A stretch of DNA of 64,000 nt, from the IMG/VR virus record IMGVR_UViG_3300044667_000075, positions 32,001 to 96,000 of that record; one strand, 5' to 3'. The notes under the pieces were generated by a model. The model did not search any database, was not told the origin of the DNA, and was given only the letters and a program-made list of their open reading frames with translations. Numbering within the stretch: the first letter of the stretch is position 1; each line of letters begins with the position of its first letter. The position numbers and the translations under genes were made by a program. The DNA is from a virus. Its lineage: Duplodnaviria > Caudoviricetes. Below are positions 9,538 to 18,738 of the stretch, piece after piece.

Positions 9538-10106
9538 CAGGACTCACCGCCAGCAGCGGCGAGGGCCGGACGCTTGCAGCCCAGATCGCCATAGTGCAGG
9601 TTGAGCCAGCAGGCAAACCGGTAAATCCACGGCGTGCACATGATCAGGGTGAGGGCTGCCATCGGAAGCAGCGTGCTCAGCATAGGAACCAGAGCTACGC
9701 GGGCGATCACTAGAACATAGGCGGCGGCCACCGAATGCGCAGGCAGCGCCGTCCAGAGGGCGGCGGCCACTAGGCCCGGCAATGCGCCCGCGATGATCCA
9801 GGCCGCGCAGATGCTGATCACCTTCTCGGAGTCGGGCAGGCCCTCCGGCTCAGGTGGCCGGACTGCGCCCGCGACATTGAACCGTGGACTCTCGCCACGG
9901 ATCGCACGGGTCTCAGCGGCCCGCGCCGCTCGCTCGCTGTCATACCAAGTGACGGCCTGATGCTGGACCTGCGGGTACCACGGCGCGTTCAGTACGTGCT
10001 CGCGCCATCTGCGCCACGGGTCGTTACTGATCCCGACGTAGAGCAGATCTTCGTGGTCATCGTAGAAGCGGTACAGCGCGTATCTGGTCTCAGTGGCGCA
10101 GATCAT
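9537..10106 (-). CDS. GIY-YIG nuclease fused to C-terminal TM helices
   Basis: ALYRF...LLYVGIS...R..EH...E..AI..E.P.FN then two hydrophobic segments. Confidence 0.75.
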   Translation of the reverse strand: MICATETRYALYRFYDDHEDLLYVGISNDPWRRWREHVLNAPWYPQVQHQAVTWYDSERAARAAETRAIRGESPRFNVAGAVRPPEPEGLPDSEKVISICAAWIIAGALPGLVAAALWTALPAHSVAAAYVLVIARVALVPMLSTLLPMAALTLIMCTPWIYRFACWLNLHYGDLGCKRPALAAAGGES

Positions 10107-10975
10107 CGTGCCGGCTCCTGGCTATCGACGGCATCCGCCGGGGCAGGTTTCCGTAGCCGGGCGATCTGCCGCCCACGGCTGTCGGTGAGCCCCGCGCGGA
10201 TGCCAGCCTTCGAAGCGCTCAGGCCCTTGTCGAGATACCAGAGCACCTTAGCCTCGCTGTCAAGATCGGCCGGAGCGTCCTCATCGGGGGTATCTGCGGG
10301 GGCGGTAATGGTGCCCGGCTCCGGGGCGGTAGCGGACCCGGTAACGGGGTCCGGTTTCCGGCCGGTAGCGCGAGGGGATTTCCGGCCGGTAGCGGCACGC
10401 CGTTTCTGGGTGGTAGTGGCCTCCAGTTTCCGGGCCAGCGTTTCCGCCTTCGCTACCGCCTCATCCCGTTCCCCGCTCACGGCAGTGAGTCCGGAAACGG
10501 CCTCGGCGAGATCGGCCCTGAGCGCGTCCATCTCGGCTTGCACGGCGGTCCGCTCACCGGTCGCTGCGGCGGCTTCCCGGTCAAGCCGCCGCAGGTGTAT
10601 CAGGACCGCGATAAGCGCCAGCACGACCACCGGGAGATCCTTGACGAACACTGACAGCCATAGCGGAGGCTTGGCTGTCGCCGCGAGAATGGACGCCCCC
10701 TGGCCGACCAGGCTGAGGGTGAGCGTGGCGATTGCCGACCACATGGCACACCGCCGGGACCGGAGGCCGGGGGCGTCGAACCAGGCGAACAGGAAGTACC
10801 CGGCCGCAGCCTCCACGATGACGGTGAGAGTCCATCCGGTGCCGGTATGGCCGACTGCGAACCCCGACTTGTCACCGACCTGGGCCCACGCTCCCCACAC
10901 ATCAAACAGGGCGAAGGCTGCGATGACGAACAGCACCCATAGGTGATCTCTGCGCTTGGGTGTCATGGCGTTCAT
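10103..10975 (-). CDS. Spd-like membrane protein (4 TM, coiled coil, C-terminal HTH)
   Basis: architecture and position downstream of traB. Confidence 0.6.
   Translation of the reverse strand: MNAMTPKRRDHLWVLFVIAAFALFDVWGAWAQVGDKSGFAVGHTGTGWTLTVIVEAAAGYFLFAWFDAPGLRSRRCAMWSAIATLTLSLVGQGASILAATAKPPLWLSVFVKDLPVVVLALIAVLIHLRRLDREAAAATGERTAVQAEMDALRADLAEAVSGLTAVSGERDEAVAKAETLARKLEATTTQKRRAATGRKSPRATGRKPDPVTGSATAPEPGTITAPADTPDEDAPADLDSEAKVLWYLDKGLSASKAGIRAGLTDSRGRQIARLRKPAPADAVDSQEPAR
10304..10433. repeat. phased 8-bp repeat array GGTARYGG plus a 16-bp direct repeat
   Basis: copies at 10304, 10328, 10340, 10364, 10388, 10412; TTTCCGGCCGGTAGCG at 10355 and 10379. Confidence 0.75.
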
Positions 10976-11011
10976 GGTCGTCCTGTCTGGGTCGTCGGGC
11001 AGGTAGGCGTG

Positions 11012-11167
11012 CTAGATGCTGCTGGCGAACGTGCCGAGGGCGTTGGCGGCGTGGCTGGCCAGCGTGCCGAGGTTGTGGACCGCCCCGGCTGCGGCGTGGG
11101 GCTGCTCGATGACCCACCACAGGGCGAAGGCGATGGCGACCCACCAGCCGATCCGCTTGAGGTTCAC
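11012..11167 (-). CDS. 51-aa membrane protein (not in ORF track)
   Basis: MNLKRIGWWVAIAFALWWVIEQPHAAAGAVHNLG...; RBS GGGAGG. Confidence 0.75.
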   Translation of the reverse strand: MNLKRIGWWVAIAFALWWVIEQPHAAAGAVHNLGTLASHAANALGTFASSI

Positions 11168-11185
11168 GGCCGGTCCTCCCTTGCT

Positions 11186-11380
11186 TGTCAGACAGCTCGT
11201 GTCTTGTTTGTCATGGTTTGCGGGTGGCTGTCAGACAGCGACCCGAGCCGGTCGGCGTCCTGTTTGCACCGATTTGTCCGGGCCGTCTGACGGTGTATCC
11301 TCGCGCGCGCGCGCGTACGCGGGATCGCACGTAGGGCGGGTCATTCTCTGGACCGCGCCGTCTCTCCCGCTGTCAGACAC
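11186..11380. repeat. four YGTCWGACR palindromes
   Basis: TGTCAGACA at 11186, 11229, 11371; CCGTCTGACGG at 11283. Confidence 0.65.
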
Positions 11381-11614
11381 CGCCACACGGCCACGCCCCT
11401 GCGCGAGCCCGGCCGCCCGCTCGTCCAGCCGCTCAGCCGCGCCCGCGATCTGACGCGCCACCGCGTCCGTCACCGCATCCGACGGATGCGCCGCGCGCAG
11501 CCAGTCGTAAGCCGCGGACAGCCGCGCCGCGGGTGTCGCCGCGGCCTCGTACCGCGCCCGCATGTCCTCCATCCGGCGCTCGGCCCGTGCTCGCGCCCTG
11601 GCCGACCCACTCAT
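11231..11614 (-). CDS. hypothetical protein
   Basis: ATGA-coupled to traB; RLSAAYDWLR. Confidence 0.55.
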   Translation of the reverse strand: MSGSARARARAERRMEDMRARYEAAATPAARLSAAYDWLRAAHPSDAVTDAVARQIAGAAERLDERAAGLAQGRGRVAVSDSGRDGAVQRMTRPTCDPAYARAREDTPSDGPDKSVQTGRRPARVAV

Positions 11615-14055
11615 GCCGCCACCCGCTCGGTCACCGTGTAGATGCCTTCCAGGCGGTCGTTCTCAACCAGGCCCTCGATCGCAAGGGTGGTGGACAGCTC
11701 GCCGCGGATCCACGCCGGGGACTTGCCGGTCGCCGCGCACGCCCGCTCATAAATGTCCCGCGGCCGGAACTCCCGGCCAGGACCAAGCTCGGCGAGCAGG
11801 TGCCGCAGCGCGGCCAGCGCATCGTCCCGGCTGACCTGCGGCCTGGCCGGGCGGGAGAAGTCCAGGGCGTCCACGTCCGGGTCACCGGGCGGGATGGGCT
11901 TGCGGGGGTCGATGTCGTCATCCTCGCCGAGCCCGGCCATCAGGTCCGCGTCATCGATGTCCAGTTCGTCAAAGGTCACGGGAGGGTCCTCTCCGTCGTC
12001 TACGAGCTCGGCCACGAAAATCTCGTCCTCGTCTTTCATCCGCTCGGGGCCGCGGCGGGGGAGGTCCCGCACCTCGGCAAGCGGCTCGTCATCTTCGGGC
12101 TCCACGTCCACAGCCGGGGCAGCCTTGGGGGTGCTGCGGGCGGCCTTGCGCCGGTCGGCGGCGGCCATCTTCTCCAGCACCGCCGCGCCGGTCGTCCGGT
12201 TCGCGTACACCCCGTTCGCGTCGAGCCGGGACAGCATCTCCGCCCAGTCGGGGCAGTTCTCCGCGATCCACGCGTCCCGCGCGGGGGCATACTCGGCGAC
12301 CGTCTCGGAGCAGAATTCCCTGTCGACCTGGAACGAGCGGGGAGCCATCAACTGCCGCTGGAAGTCAATTCCAGCCGCTGACCGGTAGTGCATGCCAGGC
12401 TGGCGGTCCTGCCACATCGACGGGTCGGCGCCAGCGTGCAGCAGTTCGTCCGGCAGGACGAACACGTCGCCCATGTCTTTCACGCCGAACGACAGGGACT
12501 CACCGAACGCCGCGCGGACGTTCGGGTCGACAACCTGGTGCTGGGCCCGCTGGAACGACGCGCGGATCTTCACGCCCGCCGACCGTGCCGAGTTCAGCAC
12601 CTTGTCCAGGTCATCGAGCTCGTTGGCGATGATGCCGCCTTCCTCGATCGTGACCCGCAGGAACGGCAGCCCGCACCCCGGCTCCCAGTTGTCGTAGCCG
12701 TGCATGCCGAGGTAATTGGCCCGCTCGGGGATGACGTAGCGGGCAAGGAAGCGGACCATCGCCTTGGATTCAGCGACGTCGGGCGCGAACCAGTCCAGCG
12801 CGCCGGCGACGCAGCCGAGGGTCTGGAACTTCTTCACCGGGTCCGCGGCCCAGTCCACCACGTCGAGGCGGGTGGCCCCGTCAGCGATGACGATGCGGAC
12901 CACCGTGGACTTCCCGGATCCGGTCATGCCCTCCGAGATGATATGGCTCAGGTTCCGCTCGGGTATGCCGAGACGGCGCGACATGTCCTCGGTGACCGCG
13001 GTCTCCCACGACTCCTCGTACATCCGGTCCTCATAGATCCCGATCCGGACGGGGGCGTCCGCAATCGACTTCCCGACCGCTTGCGGGCCGGGCCAGTGCC
13101 GGACGGTCTCCAGAACGTTCTCCAGGACGAAATCCAGGAACACGCGGGAATGGTTCAGCGGGTCCGGGCGGATGATCACCGATGACGCCGGGAGGGCCAT
13201 CTGGGAAGCCATGTGCTCCCGGTAGTCGGTCAGGTGCTTGGGGATCTGCACGCCGCGGATCAGGTTGACCTGGGTGCGGATCCGCCATGGCTTCACGTCG
13301 AGGAGCTTGATCCGGGCGCCGTTCAGGTCGGTGACCTTCCGGGCGGTGAAGTCCCTGAAGTTCTTCAGGATCGCCTGCGCCGCCTGGTCGGCCCGCACTG
13401 CGGCGGCAGCGTCCACGTGGTCGGCGGACGGCCCGGCCGTGATCGCCTTCGGCGAGCCCGCGGCCTCGAGCGGTTCCGGTGCCGGCTCCCGCCACGGCGA
13501 CGCCAGCGCCGGGACGACCTTGCCGCCCTTCTCGGCGAGCATGCGGATGTGCGGGACGCGCCCGGCGAGGACCCGGATCACGTAGTCCACGTCGACCCGC
13601 TTGCCGCGCAGCTGCCGGTGCTGGCCGATGACGTCTTCCACGCCGTCGCTGTGCTGGGAGTACCGCAGGTTCCACGTCAGGGTCATGACCAGGCCGACGA
13701 TGAACCACAGGACCAGCAGCAGGCCATGGCCGGCGGTCCAGCCGAGCCCGGTCACCGCAGCGACCCAGCCGACCCCGAGCAGGGAATTCAGGGCGTGATG
13801 CACCCGGCCGAACCCGCGGGAATGGGTGAGCCGCCACGTCAGGTGCGCCAGCAGCAGCGACGAGCACGCCAGCAGCCACGCGACCAGCGTCCCGTACCCG
13901 GTGCCCTTCGCCAGCCCCGACGCCGCGGCGGCGGCGACCGGCTCCCCGATCAGCCACACGATCCACGGGGTCAGGCCGCGGGCGAACTTCGCCCACTGCT
14001 CCTCAGCCGCGCTGGACAGGTTGACGTTCAGCGCGGCGCTCCTGCGAGCGGCCAT
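11611..14055 (-). CDS. traB: TraB-like FtsK/SpoIIIE conjugative DNA translocase
   Basis: N-terminal 4 TM, Walker A GMTGSGKS, Walker B VTIEEG, ARSAG..QR, C-terminal winged helix. Confidence 0.8.
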   Translation of the reverse strand: MAARRSAALNVNLSSAAEEQWAKFARGLTPWIVWLIGEPVAAAAASGLAKGTGYGTLVAWLLACSSLLLAHLTWRLTHSRGFGRVHHALNSLLGVGWVAAVTGLGWTAGHGLLLVLWFIVGLVMTLTWNLRYSQHSDGVEDVIGQHRQLRGKRVDVDYVIRVLAGRVPHIRMLAEKGGKVVPALASPWREPAPEPLEAAGSPKAITAGPSADHVDAAAAVRADQAAQAILKNFRDFTARKVTDLNGARIKLLDVKPWRIRTQVNLIRGVQIPKHLTDYREHMASQMALPASSVIIRPDPLNHSRVFLDFVLENVLETVRHWPGPQAVGKSIADAPVRIGIYEDRMYEESWETAVTEDMSRRLGIPERNLSHIISEGMTGSGKSTVVRIVIADGATRLDVVDWAADPVKKFQTLGCVAGALDWFAPDVAESKAMVRFLARYVIPERANYLGMHGYDNWEPGCGLPFLRVTIEEGGIIANELDDLDKVLNSARSAGVKIRASFQRAQHQVVDPNVRAAFGESLSFGVKDMGDVFVLPDELLHAGADPSMWQDRQPGMHYRSAAGIDFQRQLMAPRSFQVDREFCSETVAEYAPARDAWIAENCPDWAEMLSRLDANGVYANRTTGAAVLEKMAAADRRKAARSTPKAAPAVDVEPEDDEPLAEVRDLPRRGPERMKDEDEIFVAELVDDGEDPPVTFDELDIDDADLMAGLGEDDDIDPRKPIPPGDPDVDALDFSRPARPQVSRDDALAALRHLLAELGPGREFRPRDIYERACAATGKSPAWIRGELSTTLAIEGLVENDRLEGIYTVTERVAA

Positions 14056-14061
14056 GACGGG

Positions 14062-14424
14062 TCAGTCCTTCCAGGAGAACGAGCGCTTGGCGTGGCCGCC
14101 GGCGGACTTGGCGCGGGACAGTTCCTCGGCGAACGCCTTAAGGAACAGCCGGTACACCATGACGCACCGTTTAGCGGCCATCAGGTCCAGGGACACGGCG
14201 TGCTTCAGGGGCCGGGTCACCTGCTTGGCGCGGCGGCGGGAACCCATGTCCAGGTGCCGCAGCGCCTCGGACACTTCGAACTCGGCGTACCCGGTGACCT
14301 CGGCGACCTGGATGTGCAGGACGCGGAGCAGCTCGGACAGGTAGCGGAGGTCGGCGGGGCTCGTGACGGTGAGCGACCCGATCTCCTTGGCGACCTGCCC
14401 GATGTCGGAGGGGATGTCAGGCAT
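14062..14424 (-). CDS. TraA-like plasmid transfer protein
   Basis: small basic helical protein (RRAKQVTRPLKHA...F..EL) immediately upstream of traB. Confidence 0.55.
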   Translation of the reverse strand: MPDIPSDIGQVAKEIGSLTVTSPADLRYLSELLRVLHIQVAEVTGYAEFEVSEALRHLDMGSRRRAKQVTRPLKHAVSLDLMAAKRCVMVYRLFLKAFAEELSRAKSAGGHAKRSFSWKD

Positions 14425-14713
14425 GGCAGGGCTCCTTTGCATAAGCGGGGATGGTCCCGGCCGCGGCACGGTCGGACATGTCAGAAACGAACCGGGCGGC
14501 AGCGGCTAGGAGGACCCCGGCGCCGCCCGCTGCGCACGCCGCGCAGGCTGCGAGGGTCACCGCCAGGCCAGCGGCGGCCTCGGCAGGTCCGGCGGCATAC
14601 CGGACGCGGGACCAGGCCACGGTGACGGCAAGGTTCAGGTCAGGGACCGACAGCCCGGCAGCAAGGCACGCCAGGACGGCCAGCAGCGTGACCACGACGG
14701 CGAGGGCGTCCAT
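14417..14713 (-). CDS. hydrophobic membrane protein
   Basis: two Ala/Val/Leu-rich segments. Confidence 0.6.
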   Translation of the reverse strand: MDALAVVVTLLAVLACLAAGLSVPDLNLAVTVAWSRVRYAAGPAEAAAGLAVTLAACAACAAGGAGVLLAAAARFVSDMSDRAAAGTIPAYAKEPCHA

Positions 14714-15366
14714 CAGGCACCATCCCTGAGGACGACCTCGGCCACCCGCACGCGCTTCGACGCCAGCATGACGCGGCGGTAAGCCCTCACGAGCGGCCCG
14801 GCGACGTTCCCCGACTCCCGGCCACGCCGCAGGTCCTCGTACGCGCCGTCAATGAGGACGGCCTCATGCGACAAGGCCGACGACAGGCCTGTGAGCATCC
14901 GCTGAAGCGCGGCAGCGATCCGGGCATGTGACTCCGCCGCCATTCCCGGGCCGTGACGGAACCCCGGGATAGCCTCCAGGGCCTCCGCCGCGGCGCGGGC
15001 GGCGGTCGCGGCGGCGGGTTCACGGCGGGACGCCTGACCGCGCGTGTCCCGCACCGTCTCCGCGAGGGCATGCTGCGCGGCGGTTACCTCGCCGGCTGCC
15101 GCGCCCGCGTCGTGGGACGCGTCGCACAGGACCGCGAACAGGTCACTTCCCGCGGTGCTGCGCATGTCCCGTACGGCGACCGCCGCGCATTCCAGGGCGT
15201 CCCGTACGCCCTGGGCGCAGCGTTCCAGGCCGAGGACGACCGGTTCGTGGCCGGCGAGGCTCAGCGCGCGGTTCCGCGCGGACGGCTGCGCCTTCCGGGC
15301 GAGATCCGCCAGGGCTTCCGCCGCAGCGTCGTACATGCCGGTCACGTTGACGGCCGTGCTGGTCAT
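14713..15366 (-). CDS. hypothetical helical protein
   Basis: own RBS GAGGAG and ATG at 15366 inside long track ORF. Confidence 0.6.
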   Translation of the reverse strand: MTSTAVNVTGMYDAAAEALADLARKAQPSARNRALSLAGHEPVVLGLERCAQGVRDALECAAVAVRDMRSTAGSDLFAVLCDASHDAGAAAGEVTAAQHALAETVRDTRGQASRREPAAATAARAAAEALEAIPGFRHGPGMAAESHARIAAALQRMLTGLSSALSHEAVLIDGAYEDLRRGRESGNVAGPLVRAYRRVMLASKRVRVAEVVLRDGA

Positions 15367-15605
15367 CGCGTGCTCCTCACGGTTGTCCGGGCGGGGATCC
15401 TCCATGCCGGCGCCTTCCGCCTGCGGGGCTTGCGGGCGTGGCGCAGCACCACGATCAGCGCCCGGTCTGTTGCCACTCCCGCCAGGAACAGCCCGGCCGC
15501 GTGGCCCGCCACGCGGGGCAGCAGCAAGTACGCCGCTATCCCCGCCAGGGCGATGATCGCCGCCTCGAGGACGAGGAACTGCCAGGGCAGGCGACGACGG
15601 GACAT
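15363..15605 (-). CDS. 2-TM membrane protein
   Basis: RBS GAGGAG; two TM and basic tail. Confidence 0.6.
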   Translation of the reverse strand: MSRRRLPWQFLVLEAAIIALAGIAAYLLLPRVAGHAAGLFLAGVATDRALIVVLRHARKPRRRKAPAWRIPARTTVRSTR

Positions 15606-16164
15606 CAGGGTTCTCCTCGGGTCGTTCAAGCGCGGCCGTCAGGGTCGGCCACAGCAGGTCATTACGGCCCGGCTCCAGGTCCTCGACATAGACCCACCAG
15701 GCATCAGCGAGTACGAGAGAAGCCCACTCCCCGCGCGCCCCCTTGCCAGGGCACTGCCAGGGGGAGGGATACGGGAACCGGGGGAACCGGCTGCCGCACT
15801 CGTGGACCCGGCCCCGGCACGCGGACAGCTTCAGCGGAGTCCCCGCAACCGCAGCACGCATCCGGGCCACGGCGCCATCAGAGGCGAAACCCGCCACCCA
15901 CGTGTTCCACGACTCGCCATCCACGGTCTCCGCGAGCTGGGAGTTCTCCGTGACGAACCCGTTCCGGTTCAAGGTCGTGAGGGCATCCTTCAGCGGGCCC
16001 GTTTCCGGGTCGGCCGGGGCCGGGTGGCTTGGCGTCCCGCCGACCTCGCCGCGCATCCACGCGATGACAAGCTCGCCGAGATCGGCCATGGACTGCGCGC
16101 CCTTCCACCGGGCGGCGTCCTGCCTGCGCTTGCGGAAGGCGGCAAGGAGATCGCGGGCGCTCAT
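15605..16164 (-). CDS. DUF6919-like protein (stop probably lost to a 1-nt indel)
   Basis: ADLGEL..W, DPET, LNR.GFVT.NSQ, GRNDLLW. Confidence 0.6.
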
Positions 16165-16544
16165 GCTGCTTGCTCCTCTTGCTGGCAGGCGGCCTGGTTG
16201 CGGGCCTGCTTGGCTGCGTCTTTCCGTGCCTGCGCCTCGAGCAGGGCTTCCCGCCGGGCGTAGTACGCCGCGTCGTCCGCGGCGATGATGTCTTCGAGGG
16301 TCTCGCCAGCCTTGAGCCGCTTGGGCATGGCGCGGCGGGGGAATTCGGCGAACCCGCCCCAGATCCCGACGTCGATCGCGTGGTCCAGGGCGTAGGCGAG
16401 GCACGTGACCCGGGATGGGCAGCGGCGGCACACTGACGTGGCCCGGGTCACGTTCTCTCCCGGGCCGGGGAAGAACAGCTCGGGGTCGGTGAACTCGCAG
16501 GGAAGGCCGGTCTGCAGGGCGGCCAGGCTCACGTCGGCGGTCAT
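16161..16544 (-). CDS. whiB: WhiB-family Fe-S transcription factor
   Basis: C..DPELFF..CxxCx5C..GIWGG. Confidence 0.9.
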   Translation of the reverse strand: MTADVSLAALQTGLPCEFTDPELFFPGPGENVTRATSVCRRCPSRVTCLAYALDHAIDVGIWGGFAEFPRRAMPKRLKAGETLEDIIAADDAAYYARREALLEAQARKDAAKQARNQAACQQEEQAA

Positions 16545-16774
16545 TTCTTGCCTCCGCCCTTCTTGCGCAGAGGTGTCAGCGACGCGGACGTCTCGGCCAG
16601 TTTCCCCCGCAGCTTGCCCGCCGCGCGGCGGGCGGAGTCCCGGTCTTCACGGCGGGCTTCCGCTGCGGCGGCCCCGGCGATCCGGCCGAGGCCTCGCCGG
16701 GCCTGGTCGCGGGTGACCAGGCCGCGGTCGATGAACACCTGGAGGGCTGCCCCAAGGTCGGTGGTATCGGCCAT
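16541..16774 (-). CDS. hypothetical protein
   Basis: coupled ORF. Confidence 0.55.
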   Translation of the reverse strand: MADTTDLGAALQVFIDRGLVTRDQARRGLGRIAGAAAAEARREDRDSARRAAGKLRGKLAETSASLTPLRKKGGGKK

Positions 16775-17007
16775 CACGCGGCCCTCCTCTGGGCGGGGAC
16801 CGCGGGCGTCACCGAGAACCTGACTATGACCTTGACCGCCGCGGCGAACTCCTCCTCGGTGATCAGGCCAAGGCGGGACGCCTCGATGATCCGGTCCACG
16901 TGCGGGACGTCCGGGGCATCGGACAGGACGCACGCCCGCTGAGGACGGACCCCGCACAGGCCGCAACGGGCGCCGAGGGCCTTGGTGAAGATCTCGCGGA
17001 GGTCCAT
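16774..17007 (-). CDS. phage zinc-finger protein
   Basis: CGLC..PQRAC..H..R. Confidence 0.6.
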   Translation of the reverse strand: MDLREIFTKALGARCGLCGVRPQRACVLSDAPDVPHVDRIIEASRLGLITEEEFAAAVKVIVRFSVTPAVPAQRRAA

Positions 17008-17234
17008 CACGGCACCGACGCGGCCCTGATCGCGGCCAGGGACCGGTCCAGATGAGCGGCCAGACCAGGACAGGCCAGTTCCGCGGCGGCCAGGTCCGGC
17101 AGGCCGAACTCCTCCAGCAGCGTCTCCGGGTGACCGGAGGACGACAGCAGGACGGACAGTCCCGCAGCGGTCGTCTCCTCGCTGGCCGGGCGTGGCGTCC
17201 GCCGGTAGTCGGCCAGGCGTGTTATGGTGCCCAT
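17007..17234 (-). CDS. hypothetical protein
   Basis: RBS GAAAGG; ITRLADYR. Confidence 0.55.
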   Translation of the reverse strand: MGTITRLADYRRTPRPASEETTAAGLSVLLSSSGHPETLLEEFGLPDLAAAELACPGLAAHLDRSLAAIRAASVP

Positions 17235-17321
17235 GAGTCAGCCTTTCTGTAGGGCTACGGTCGGCATGGCTTCCAGCGGCGCGAGTGTTTCCGGCACCCG
17301 CGCCGCTCTCGTTTGCAGTGA

Positions 17322-17462
17322 CTACCCGTGCACCGGGCAGGGCAGCGGCTTCCCGCACAGCCAGCCCTTCGCGATCTCCGCCGGGCAGTACCCTCCGCAC
17401 TGGACGGGCGGCGGGACCGGGACCTGGGCAGGCAGCGTGGTCAGGGTCATACGGGAGTACAT
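17322..17462 (-). CDS. 46-aa Cys-rich microprotein (not in track)
   Basis: MYSRMTLTT...CGGYC...C...CPVHG; RBS GAAGGGG. Confidence 0.6.
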   Translation of the reverse strand: MYSRMTLTTLPAQVPVPPPVQCGGYCPAEIAKGWLCGKPLPCPVHG

Positions 17463-17570
17463 GGCAATCCCCTTCCTGTGGGTGCCCGCGGAAAAGGCGA
17501 GCTGACGAGGCTCGGGGAAGCTTCGTCATCAGCCCGGCTCTTACGAAGGCACCCGCCAGCAGGGAGGACG

Positions 17571-17678
17571 CTACTTGCCCTTGCTGTTCGGGCACGGGGG
17601 CAGCTTGTCCCCGTGCTTGATGCCGCTGGTGCCGTACTTGCTGTCGCACGACGGGCAGGGCTTCATTCCCATGGTCAT
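17571..17678 (-). CDS. 35-aa CxxC/H/C microprotein (not in track)
   Basis: MTMGMKPCPSCDSKYGTSGIKHGDKLPPCPNSKGK; RBS GAGAGGA. Confidence 0.6.
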   Translation of the reverse strand: MTMGMKPCPSCDSKYGTSGIKHGDKLPPCPNSKGK

Positions 17679-18264
17679 TTCCTCTCGGGGGGATCGTGTA
17701 CGGGGTGCGGGACATCACGGCCACCGCCTGCATTACGGGCTCTGCGATCTCGCGGACCACGGCACCGGGCAGGACCCGGCCGGGCTCCAGCAGCGCGGCG
17801 ACCTGGCCTATCACCGGCCACATCCGCCGGACCAGCGCGCGTGCGCTCTTGCGGGCCGACGCCATCGTCATGTAACCCGAGCACTTCAGGTCCTCGGCGG
17901 CGGCGCGGATATCATCGAGACCGCCCGTCGCATCCGCTTCGGCGCGGGCCGCAGCCAGCGTCATCCCGGACACCTCATGCAGGCGGCGGGCCTCAGCCTC
18001 AGGGCCGGCCAGGCCGGCGACCGCGTGCCACTCCAGTTGGGAGTCCTGGAGCCACGCTCCGCGGCGGCTCGCGGTCATCCGGGTCAGGCCGGACACCTTC
18101 CACTGCCTGCCGCCACGCCACCGGGACTCGATCGTGACGCTGACGGAGTGCAGCGGCAGGCCCGCGACCACGTAGGCAACAGCGTGACCGGCCTCATGCC
18201 AGCACGTCAGGTCCACCTCCGGCGCGAGGTGCTCAGCCACGTGAAGCGGAACGATGGGGGACAT
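17675..18264 (-). CDS. HExxH zinc metallopeptidase (M41/M50-like); 3' end uncertain
   Basis: WHEAGHAV, LAGPEAE, DD; expected stop out of frame at a G6 run. Confidence 0.7.
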
Positions 18265-18266
18265 CC

Positions 18267-18488
18267 TCACCGGCCCCGCTCGCGGTTCGCGGCGATGATC
18301 TGGGCCTTGCGGGCGTCGCGGGCGATCCGCCCGGCCCGCGTGCGGGTGTCGCCGCCGTTCCGCTCCCGGTCCTCGGTGCACACGACACGGTGGCCGCGCT
18401 CGATCAGGTCACCGGGGAGGCTGCCGTAACCCTCATGCATGTCGCCCTGATCCCAGCGGTCGTCACGGGTCTGGGGGGTGCGGGACAT
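18267..18488 (-). CDS. hypothetical protein
   Basis: coupled ORF. Confidence 0.5.
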   Translation of the reverse strand: MSRTPQTRDDRWDQGDMHEGYGSLPGDLIERGHRVVCTEDRERNGGDTRTRAGRIARDARKAQIIAANRERGR

Positions 18489-18489
18489 C

Positions 18490-18684
18490 TCAGGCCGCCC
18501 TCTCTTCTAGCTCGGCCGCGACGCCCGTGAGCCGCGACGCCAGTTCATCGGCTGGGGGAAGCGCCTCATCCAGCAGGCCGGTCAGCACGTGGCTCAGCGC
18601 CTCGCCCTTGACAAGGGCCAGCATGCGCAGGCGCCGGTCAACCGCGGCGGTGATCCGCGTCGCCAGCCGAACGTCGTATGCCAT
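18490..18684 (-). CDS. ribbon-helix-helix protein, first gene of the leftward transfer operon
   Basis: VRLATRITAAVDRRLRMLALVKGEALSHVL. Confidence 0.65.
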   Translation of the reverse strand: MAYDVRLATRITAAVDRRLRMLALVKGEALSHVLTGLLDEALPPADELASRLTGVAAELEERAA

Positions 18685-18738
18685 GGAGCGAGGCCCCTCC
18701 TCGGACGGTGACAGCGTTCCTGTTCGCTGCCTTGCTTG

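Noticed and set aside
17500-17545. hammerhead ribozyme (CTGATGA on minus strand)
   Set aside because: No GAAA after a stem II; the CTGATGA is itself paired in a hairpin.
14713-18381. 572-aa and 535-aa track ORFs as single proteins
   Set aside because: Each spans several genes with their own RBS and starts, joined by low-information sequence; best explained by lost stops at homopolymers.
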